The notes below the pieces were generated by a model. The model saw only the letters and a program-made list of their open reading frames with translations, was not told the origin of the DNA and made no database searches. 64,000 nucleotides of DNA from positions 30,628,001 through 30,692,000 of the forward strand of contig OZ024742.1 in assembly GCA_964016885.1 (NCBI GenBank). The letters are read 5' to 3'. The translations under genes were made by a program, and so were the position numbers. Origin of the DNA: Eledone cirrhosa (Eukaryota). This document shows, piece after piece, positions 1 to 8,952 of this stretch (the first letter of the stretch is position 1; each line of letters starts with the position of its first letter).

Positions 1-1419
1 TTGCTCAAGGACATAGTGGACTGGAGCACCCTGGACTAAAGTGTCTTGCTCAAGGACACAGTGGACTGGAGCACCATGGACTAAAGTGTCTTGCTCAAGG
101 ACACAGTGGACTGGAGCACCATGGACTAAAGTGTCTTGCTCAAGGACATAGTGGACTGGAGCACCATGGACTAAAGTGTCTTGCTCAAGGACATAGTGGA
201 CTGGAGCACCATGGACTAAAGTGTCTTGCTCAAGGACATAGTGGACTGGAGCACCATGGACTAAAGTGTCTTGTTCAAGGACATAGTGGACTGGAGCACC
301 ATGGACTAAAGTGTCTTGCTCAAGGACATAGTGGACTGGAGCACCATGGACTAAGGTGTCTTGTTCAAGGACACAGTGGATTGGAGCACCATGGACTAAA
401 GTGTCTTGCTCAAGAACACAGTGGACTGGAGCACCATGGACTAAAGTGTCTTGCTCAAGGACACAGTGGACTGGAGCACCCTGGACTAAGGTGTCTTGCT
501 CAAGGACACAGTGGACTGGAGCACCCTGGACTAAAGTGTCTTGCTCAAGAACACAGTGGACAGGAGCACCATGGACTAAAGTGTCTTGCTCAAGGACACA
601 GTGGACTGGAGCACCATGGACTAAAGTGTCTTGCTCAAGGACACAGTGGACTGGAGCACCATGGACTAAAGTGTCTTGCTCAAGGACACAGTGGACTGGA
701 GCACCATGGACTAAAGTGTCTTGCTCAAGGACACAGTGGACTGGAGCACCATGGACTAAAGTGTCTTGCTCAAGGACATAGTGGACTGGAGCACCATGGA
801 CTAAAGTGTCTTGCTCAAGGACATAGTGGACTGGAGCACCATGGACTAAAGTGTCTTGCTCAAGGACATAGTGGACTGGAGCACCATGGACTAAAGTGTC
901 TTGTTCAAGGACACAGTGGACTGGAGCACCATGGACTAAAGTGTCTTGCTCAAGGACATAGTGGACTGGAGCACCCTGGACTAAAGTATCTTGCTCAAGG
1001 ACACAGTGGACTGGAGCACCCTGGACTAAAGTGTCTTGCTCAAGAACACAGTGGACTGGAGCACCATGGACTAAAGTGTCTTGCTCAAGGACACAGTGTA
1101 CTGGAGCACCATGGACTAAAGTGTCTTGCTCAAGGACACAGTGGACTGGAGCACCATGGACTAAAGTGTCTTGCTCAAGGACACAGTGGACTGGAGCACC
1201 ATGGACTAAAGTGTCTTGCTCAAGGACACAGTGGACTGGAGCACCATGGACTAAAGTGTCTTGTTCAAGGACACAGTGGACTGGAGCACCCTGGACTAAA
1301 GTGTCTTGCTCAAGGACACAGTGGACTGGAGCACCATGGACTAAAGTGTCTTGTTCAAGGACATAGTGGACTGGAGCACCATAAACTAAAGTGTCTTGCT
1401 CAAGAACACAGTGGACTGG

Positions 1420-3630
1420 AGCACCCTGGACTAAAGTGTCTTGCTCAAGGACACAGTGGACTGGAGCACCATAAACTAATGTGTCTTGCTCAAGAACACA
1501 GTGGACTGGAGCACCATGGACTAAAGTGTGTTGTTCAAGGACACAGTGGACTGGAGCACCATGGACTAAAGTGTCTTGCTCAAGGACATAGTGGACTGGA
1601 GCACCCTGGACTAAAGTGTCTTGCTCAAGGACACAGTGGACTGGAGCACCATGGACTAAAGTGTCTTGCTCAAGGACACAGTGGACTGGAGCACCATGGA
1701 CTAAAGTGTCTTGCTCAAGGACACAGTGGACTGGAGCACCATGGACTAAAGTGTCTTGCTCAAGGACACAGTGGACTGGAGCACCATGGACTAAAGTGTC
1801 TTGCGCAAGGACATAGTGGACTGGAGCACCCTGGACTAAAGTGTCTTGCTCAAGGACACAGTGGACTGGAGCACCATGGACTAATGTGTCTTGCTCAAGG
1901 ACATAGTCGACTGGAGCACCATGGACTAAAGTGTCTTGTTCAAGGACACAGTGGACTGGAGCACCATGGACTAAAGTGTCTTGCTCAAGGACATAGTGGA
2001 CTGGAGCACCATGGACTAAAGTGTCTTGCTCAAGAACACAGTGGACTGGAGCACCATAAACTAATGTGTCTTGCTCAAGGACACAGTGGACTGGAGCACC
2101 ATGGACTAAAGTGTCTTGCTCAAGGACAAAGTGGACTGGAGCACCATGGACTAAAGTGTCTTGGTCAATGACACAGTGGACTGGAGCACCATAAACTAAT
2201 GTGTCTTGCTCAAGAACACAGTGGACTGGAGCACCATGGACTAAAGTGTCTTGCTCAAGGACATAGTGGACTGGAGCACCATGGACTAAAGTGTCTTGCT
2301 CAAGGACATAGTGGACTGGAGCACCATGGACTAAAGTGTCTTGTTCAAGGACACAGTGGACTGGAGCACCATGGACTAAAGTGTCTTGCTCAAGGACATA
2401 GTGGACTGGAGCACCCTGGACTAAAGTGTCTTGCTCAAGGACACAGTGGACTGGAGCACCATAAACTAATGTGTCTTGCTCAAGAACACAGTGGACTGGA
2501 GCACCATGGACTAAAGTGTGTTGTTCAAGGACACAGTGGACTGGAGCACCATGGACTAAAGTGTCTTGCTCAAGAACACAGTGGACTGGAGCACCCTGGA
2601 CTAAAGTGTCTTGCTCAAGGACACAGTGGACTGGAGCACCATAAACTAATGTGTCTTGCTCAAGAACACAGTGGACTGGAGCACCATGGACTAAAGTGTG
2701 TTGTTCAAGGACACAGTGGACTGGAGCACCATGGACTAAAGTGTCTTGCTCAAGGACATAGTGGACTGGAGCACCCTGGACTAAAGTGTCTTGCTCAAGG
2801 ACACAGTGGACTGGAGCACCATGGACTAAAGTGTCTTGCTCAAGGACACAGTGGACTGGAGCACCATGGACTAAAGTGTCTTGCTCAAGGACACAGTGGA
2901 CTGGAGCACCATGGACTAAAGTGTCTTGCTCAAGGACACAGTGGACTGGAGCACCATGGACTAAAGTGTCTTGCTCAAGGACATAGTGGACTGGAGCACC
3001 CTGGACTAAAGTGTCTTGCTCAAGGACACAGTGGACTGGAGCACCATGGACTAATGTGTCTTGCTCAAGGACATAGTCGACTGGAGCACCATGGACTAAA
3101 GTGTCTTGTTCAAGGACACAGTGGACTGGAGCACCATGGACTAAAGTGTCTTGCTCAAGGACATAGTGGACTGGAGCACCATGGACTAAAGTGTCTTGCT
3201 CAAGAACACAGTGGACTGGAGCACCATAAACTAATGTGTCTTGCTCAAGGACACAGTGGACTGGAGCACCATGGACTAAAGTGTCTTGCTCAAGGACAAA
3301 GTGGACTGGAGCACCATGGACTAAAGTGTCTTGCTCAATGACACAGTGGACTGGAGCACCATAAACTAATGTGTCTTGCTCAAGAACACAGTGGACTGGA
3401 GCACCATGGACTAAAGTGTCTTGCTCAAGGACATAGTGGACTGGAGCACCATGGACTAAAGTGTCTTGCTCAAGGACATAGTGGACTGGAGCACCATGGA
3501 CTAAAGTGTCTTGTTCAAGGACACAGTGGACTGGAGCACCATGGACTAAAGTGTCTTGCTCAAGGACATAGTGGACTGGAGCACCCTGGACTAAAGTGTC
3601 TTGCTCAAGGACACAGTGGACTGGAGCACC
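1420..3630. repeat. Higher-order duplication in the 45-bp array, period 1170 bp (26 units)
   Basis: Rare variants TAGTCGA 1904/3074, GGACAAA and CAATGA (stop at 2171/3341) recur at +1170. ORF starts 2199/3369 and 1616/2786 show the same offset. Boundaries are approximate. Confidence 0.88.
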
Positions 3631-4230
3631 CTGGACTAAAGTGTCTTGCTCAAGAACACAGTGGACTGGAGCACCATGGACTAAAGTGTCTTGCTCAAGG
3701 ACACAGTGTACTGGAGCACCATGGACTAAAGTGTCTTGCTCAAGGACACAGTGGACTGGAGCACCATGGACTAAAGTGTCTTGCTCAAGGACACAGTGGA
3801 CTGGAGCACCATGGACTAAAGTGTCTTGCTCAAGGACACAGTGGACTGGAGCACCATGGACTAAAGTGTCTTGTTCAAGGACACAGTGGACTGGAGCACC
3901 CTGGACTAAAGTGTCTTGCTCAAGGACACAGTGGACTGGAGCACCATGGACTAAAGTGTCTTGTTCAAGGACATAGTGGACTGGAGCACCATAAACTAAA
4001 GTGTCTTGCTCAAGAACACAGTGGACTGGAGCACCCTGGACTAAAGTGTCTTGCTCAAGGACACAGTGGACTGGAGCACCATAAACTAATGTGTCTTGCT
4101 CAAGAACACAGTGGACTGGAGCACCATGGACTAAAGTGTGTTGTTCAAGGACACAGTGGACTGGAGCACCATGGACTAAAGTGTCTTGCTCAAGGACACA
4201 GTGGACTGGAGCACCATGGACTAAAGTGTC

Positions 4231-4323
4231 TTGCTCAAGAGCACAGTAAACTGGAGCAATGTGAAATAGAGTGTCTTGCTCTAGGACACTGGACTGGAGC
4301 AATGTGAAATAAAGGGTCTTGTT
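4231..4323 (-). mobile_element. Two diverged terminal units resembling the central (CORE-like) segment of a tRNA-derived SINE
   Basis: Minus strand reads approximately TGTGTCC(T/TA)GAGCAAGACACT(T/C)TATTTCACATTGCTCCAGTCCA. The TGTGTCCTTGAGCAAGACACTT part is similar to the CORE-SINE motif (MIR core TGTGACCTTGGGCAAGTCACTT). The full string matches my recollection of a common octopus SINE; not database-checked. Confidence 0.7.
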
Positions 4324-4415
4324 GTACAGCTTCAGTTGTTAACAAGACATCACAACAGTTGTTGTACAGCTACAATTGTTAACAAGACATCACAGTTGTA
4401 CAGCTACAGATGTTA
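4321..4415. repeat. Short degenerate direct repeat, three starts of GTTGTACAGCT(T/A)CA at 4321, 4361 and 4395
   Basis: GTTGTACAGCTTCAGTTGTTAACAAGACATCACA (4321), GTTGTACAGCTACAATTGTTAACAAGACATCACA (4361), GTTGTACAGCTACAGATGTTA (4395). Confidence 0.93.
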
Positions 4416-4434
4416 TCTGTAGCTGTACAACTGT
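4392..4434. repeat. Perfect inverted repeat, 20-bp arms with 3-nt loop
   Basis: ACAGTTGTACAGCTACAGAT (4392-4411), loop GTT, ATCTGTAGCTGTACAACTGT (4415-4434). The arms are exact reverse complements. Confidence 0.97.
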
Positions 4435-4617
4435 TTCAAGAATTTCAGCAATGTCTCCATCTGATTTGAGGCTAACTTCCTTTCATACTTCCTCCAGTCT
4501 CTGAAGTCTTGAGATATAAAATGCAGCATATGTCACCTTTTCCCTCCTTCACTGTGACATACACAGGTACAGACATATAGGCACACTGTGACGCATGCAT
4601 ATACATGTATTCAGTGT

Positions 4618-4758
4618 CACACACACACACATATACATACATACATAAACATACAGATACACACACGCACACAGACACATACACGCAGACGCACACACAC
4701 ACACACACACACACAAACACAAGTAGACTCACACACAGACACACATATACCAATACAC
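4618..4758. repeat. Compound imperfect microsatellite (CA)n/(CATA)n/(CAGA)
   Basis: Runs such as CACACACACACAC, ATACATACATAC and GCACACACACACACACACACACAC. Degenerate purine-pyrimidine alternation extends back to ~4555. Confidence 0.95.
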
Positions 4759-4809
4759 CAAGATGCACTTTAAAAGAATACAATATAAGAGAGACTGAGA
4801 AAATAATTG

Positions 4810-4962
4810 TTTCTACTCTTGGCACAAGGCCAGCAATTACCCAGTGTATTACTGGTACTTTATTTTATCGACCCCGTAAGGATGACAGGCAAAGTTAACC
4901 TCGGCGGGATTTGAACTCAGAATGGCAAGGGCCGTAACTCTATGCATCGAAGCATGGCGTCC
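4810..4962 (-). mobile_element. Truncated tRNA-derived SINE fragment (Meta-domain-like, resembles octopus SINEs)
   Basis: Minus strand has a Pol III B-box GTTCAAATCC (4916-4907) followed by CGCCGAGGTTAACTTTGCCTGTCATCCTTACGGGGTCGATAAAATAAAGTACCAGT. This resembles the conserved GCCTTCCATCCTTCCGAGGTCG-TAAAATGAGTACC domain of Meta/Sauria-type SINEs. It ends in GCCTTGTGCCAAGAGTAGAAA. No clear A-box, so it appears 5' truncated or decayed. Family assignment is from memory. Confidence 0.78.
4907..4916 (-). promoter_or_regulatory. RNA polymerase III B-box inside the SINE fragment
   Basis: + strand GGATTTGAAC = minus strand GTTCAAATCC, matching the GTTCRANNCC consensus. Function is doubtful without an A-box. 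Confidence 0.6.
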
Positions 4963-5068
4963 TAGTATAGAAAGCAGATAGGATGATCAAATCTTTTACT
5001 CTAGGATACAATGTCACTTTAAATGATTGATTATCAGTTTAAATTACCTCACAGTATATTGTGTTGTT

Positions 5069-5186
5069 AGTCCTAACTTTATATCCAACCATAACTTCTC
5101 TAGTAGTAACATGGTGTGATCTCTCTCAGTCCTAACTTTACACCCCACCATAACTTCTCTAATGTAAACTTGGTGTGGTCTCTCTC
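5069..5186. repeat. Two 59-bp tandem units at the start of the 26-bp satellite
   Basis: AGTCCTAACTT recurs at 5069, 5128 and 5187 (59-bp spacing). Units: AGTCCTAACTTTATATCCAACCATAACTTCTCTAGTAGTAACATGGTGTGATCTCTCTC and AGTCCTAACTTTACACCCCACCATAACTTCTCTAATGTAAACTTGGTGTGGTCTCTCTC. Confidence 0.95.
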
Positions 5187-8100
5187 AGTCCTAACTTGGT
5201 GTGGTCTCTCTCAGTCCTAACTTGGTGTAGTCTCTCTCAGTCCTAACTTGGTGTGGTCTCTCTCAGTCCTAACTTGGTGTAGTCTCTCTCAGTCCTAACT
5301 TGGTGTAGTCTCTCTCAGTCCTAACTTGGTGTGGTCTCTCTCAGTCCTAACTTGGTGTAGTCTCTCTCAGTCCGAACTTGGTGTGGTCTCTCTCAGTCCT
5401 AACTTGGTGTAGTCTCTCTCAGTCCTAATTTGGTGTGGTCTCTCTCAGTCCTAACTTGGTGTAGTCTCTCTCAGTCCTTACTTAGTGTGGACTCTCTCAG
5501 TCCTAACTTGGTGTGGTCTCTCTCAGTCCTAACTTGGTGTGGTCTCTCTCAGTCCTAACTTGGTATAGTCTCTCTCAGTCCTAAGTTGGTGTGGTCTCTC
5601 TCAGTCCTAACTTGGTGTAGTCTCTCTTAGTCCAAAGTTGGTGTGGTCTCGCTCAGTCCTAACTTGGTGTAGTCTCTCTCAGTCCTAACTTGGTGTGGTC
5701 TCTCTCAGTCATACTTAGTGTAGTCTCTCTCAGTCCTAACTTGGTGTAGTCTCTCTCTGTCCTAAGTTGGTGTGGTCTCTCTCAGTCCTAACTTGGTGTA
5801 GTCTCACTCAGTCCTAACTTGGTGTAGTCTATCTCAGTCCTAAGTTGGTGTGGTCTCTTTCAGTCCAAACTTGGTGTAGTCTCTCTCAGTCCTAAGTTGG
5901 TGTGGTCTCTCTCAGTCCTAACTTGGTGTAGTCTCTCTAAGTGCTAACTTGGTGTAGTCTCACTCAGTCCTAAGATGGTGTAGTCTCTCTCAGTCCTAAC
6001 TTGGTGTAGTCTCTCTCAGTCATAAGTTAGTATGGTCTCTCTCAGTCCTTACTTGGTGTGGTCTCCCTCAGTCCTAACTTGGTGTGGTCTCTCTCTCAGT
6101 CCTAAGTTCGTGTGGTCTCTCTCAGTCCTAAGTTGGTGTGGTCTCTCTCAGTCCTAACTTGGTGTGGTCTCTCTCAGTCGTAACTTGGTGTAGACTCTCT
6201 CAGTCCTAAGTTAGTGTGGCCTCTCTCAATCCTAACTTGGTGTACTCTCTCTCAGTCCTAAGTTGGTGTGGTCTCTCTCAGTCCTAACTTGGTGTGGTCT
6301 CTCTCAGTCCTAACTTGGTGTGGTCTCTCTCAGTCCTAACTTGGTGTAGTCTCTGTCAGTCCTTACTTAGTGTGGTCTCTCTCAGTCCTAACTTGGTGTG
6401 GTCTCTCTAAGGCCTAACTTGCTGTAGTCTCTCTCAGTCCTAACTTGGTGTGGTCTCTCTCAGTCCTAACTTGGTGTAGTCTCTCTCAGTCCTAAGTTGG
6501 TGTGATCTCTCTCAGTCCTAACTTGGTGTAGTCTCTCTCAGTCCTAAGTTGGTGTGGTCTCTCTCAGTCCTAACTTGGTGTGGTCTCTCTCAGTCCTAAC
6601 TTGGTGTAGTCTCTCTCAGTCCTAACTTGGTGTGGTCTCTCTCAGTCTTACTTAGTGTAGTCTCTCTCAGTCCTAACTTGGTGTAGTCTCGCTCAGTCGT
6701 AAGTTGGTGTGGTCTCTCTCAGTCCTAACTTGGTGTAGTCTCTCTCAGTGCTAACTTGGTGTAGTCTCACTCAGTCCTAAGTTGGTGTAGTCTCTCTCAG
6801 TCCTAACTTGGTGTAGTCTCTTTCAGTCCAAAGTTAGTGTGGTCTCTCTCAGTCCTTACTTGGTGTGGTCTCCCTCAGTCCTAACTTGGTGTGGTCTCTC
6901 TCTCAGTCCTAAGTTGGTGTGGTCTCTCTCAGTCCTAAGTTGGTGTGATCTCTCTCAGTCCTAACTTGGTGTGGTCTTTCTCAGCCCTAACTTGGTGTGG
7001 TCTCTCTCAGTCCTAAGTTGGTGTGGCCTCTCTCAGTCCTAACTTGGTGTAGTCTCTCTCAGTCCTAAGTTTGTGTAGTCTCTCTCAGTCCTAACTTGGT
7101 GTGGTCTCTCTCAGTCCTAACTTGGTGTGGTCTCTCTCAGTCCTAACTTGGTGTAGTCTCTCTCAGTCCTAGGTTGGTGTGGCCTCTCTCAGGCCTAACT
7201 TGGTGTAGTCTCTCTGTGTCCTAGGTTGGTGTCGTCTCTCTCAGTCCTAAGTTGGTGTGGTCTCTCTCAGTCCTAACTTGGTGTGGTCTCTCTCAGTCCT
7301 AACTTGGTGTGGTCTCTCTCAGTCCTAACTTGGTGTAGTCTCTCTCAGTCCTAAGTTGGTGTGGCCTCTCTCAGTCCTAACTTGGTGTAGTATCTCTCAG
7401 TCCTAAGTTGGTGTGGTCTCTCTCAGTCCTAACTTGGTGTAGTCTCTCTCAGTCCTTACTTAGTGTGGTCTCTCTCAGTCCTAACATGGTGTTGTCTCTC
7501 TCAGTCCTAACTTGGTGTGGTCTCTCTCAGTCCTAACTTAGAGTAGTCTCTCTCAGTCCTAACTTGCTGTGGTCTCTCTCAGTCCTAACATGGTGTAGTC
7601 TCCCTCAGTCTTAACTTGGTGTAGTCTCTCTCTGTCTTAAGTTGGTGTGGTCTCTCTCAGTCCTAACTTGGTGTGGTCTCTCTCAGTCCTAAGTTGGTGT
7701 GGTCTCTCTCAGTCTTAACTTGGTGTAGTCTCTCTCAGTCCTAACTTGGTGTGGTCTCTCTCAGTCCTAACTTGGTGTAGTCTCTCTCAGTCCTAAGTTG
7801 GTGTGGTCTCTCTCAGTCCTAAGTTGGTGTGGTCTCTCTCATTCCTAACTTGGTGTAGTCTCTTTCAGTCCTAAGTTGGTGTGTTCTCTCTCAGTCCTAA
7901 CTTGGTGTGGTCTCTCTCATTCGTTACTTGGTGTAGTCTCTCTCAGTCCAAACTTGGTGTAGTCTCTCTCAGTCCTAAGTTGGTGTGGTGTCTCTCAGTC
8001 CTAACTTGGTGTAGTCTCTCTCAGTCCTAAGTTGGTGTCGTCTCTCTCTGGCCTAACTAGGTGTAGTCTCTCTCAGTCCTAAGTTGGTGTGGTCTCTCTC

Positions 8101-8952
8101 AGTCCTAAGTTGGTGTAGACTCTCTCAGTCCGAACTTGGTGTGGTCTCTCTCAGTCCTAACTTGTTGTGGTCTCTCTCAGTCCTAAGTTTGTGCTGTCTC
8201 TCTCTCAGTCCTAACTTGGTGTGGTCTCTCTCAGTCCTAACTTGGTGTAGTCTCTCTACGTCCTAACTTGGTGTGGTCTCTCTCAGTCCTAACTTGGTGT
8301 GGTCTCTCTCAGTCCTAACTTGGTGTAGTCTCACTCAATCCTAAGTTGGTGTGGTCTCTCTCAGTCCTAACTTGGTGTAGTCTCTCTCAGTCGTAACTTG
8401 GTGTGGTCTCTCTAAGTCCTAACTTGGTGTAGTCTCTCTCAGTCCTAACATGGTGTAGTCTCTCTCAGTCTTAACTTGGTGTAGTCTCTCTCAGTCCTTA
8501 CTTGGTGTAGTCTCTCTCAGTCCTAACTTGGTGTGGTCTCCCTCAGTCCTAAGTTGGTGTGGTCTCTCTCAGTCCTAACTTGGTGTAGTCTCTCTCAGTC
8601 CTAAGTTGGTGTGGTCTCTCTCAGTCCTTACTTGGTGTAGTCTCTCTCAGTCCTAAGTTTGTGTAGTCTCTCTCAGTCCTAACTTGGTGTGGTCTCTCTC
8701 AGTCCTAACTTGGTGTGGTCTCTCTCAGTCCTAACTTGGTGTAGTCTCTCTCAGTCCTAGGTTGGTGTGGCCTCTCTCAGTCCTAACTTGGTGTAGTCTC
8801 TCTCAGTCCTAGGTTGGTGTGGCCTCTCTCAGTCCTAACTTGGTGTAGTATCTCTCAGTCCTAAGTTGGTATGGTCTCTCTCAGTCCTAACTTGGTGTAG
8901 TCTCTCTCAGTCCTTACTTAGTGTGGTCTCTCTCAGTCCTAACATGGTGTTG

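Larger units (their letters stand above)
1..4323. repeat. 45-bp tandem satellite/minisatellite, ~96 units, continues off the left edge of the window
   Basis: Exact 45-bp periodicity (phase recurs every 180 bp). Consensus TTGCTCAAGGACACAGTGGACTGGAGCACCATGGACTAAAGTGTC. Recurrent variants: ACAC/ACAT, CCAT/CCCT, AAGG/AAGA, TTGCT/TTGTT, ATGGACT/ATAAACT, CTAAAG/CTAATG. The two terminal units (4231-4323) are diverged. Confidence 0.99.

Noticed and set aside
1420-3630. The 1170-bp period equals 26 x 45, the product of the two unit lengths
   Set aside because: Numerical coincidence. The arrays share no sequence, and other periods (2610, 884, 1458 etc.) do not follow it.
356-3976. Frame +2 ORFs (SCSRTQWTGAPWTKV)n
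   Set aside because: Repeat translation, interrupted by TAG whenever the common ACATAG variant occurs, and starting at non-ATG codons.
1-4230. C2H2 zinc-finger array or NR5A-like TCAAGGACA enhancer cluster
   Set aside because: The peptide has one Cys per 15 aa with no CxxC...HxxxH spacing. The DNA motif is simply part of the SINE-like core, with no evidence of function.
4392-4440. Rho-independent terminator or pre-miRNA
   Set aside because: The context is not bacterial and there is no upstream gene or proper U-tract. A perfect stem with a 3-nt loop built from a local repeat fits a template-switch origin better.
4472-4898. ORFs rich in HT/VC dipeptides on both strands
   Set aside because: These are translations of the (CA)n microsatellite.
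4895-4962. tRNA gene
   Set aside because: Only a B-box/T-arm-like piece is present, with no cloverleaf or clear A-box, and it is followed by SINE body sequence.
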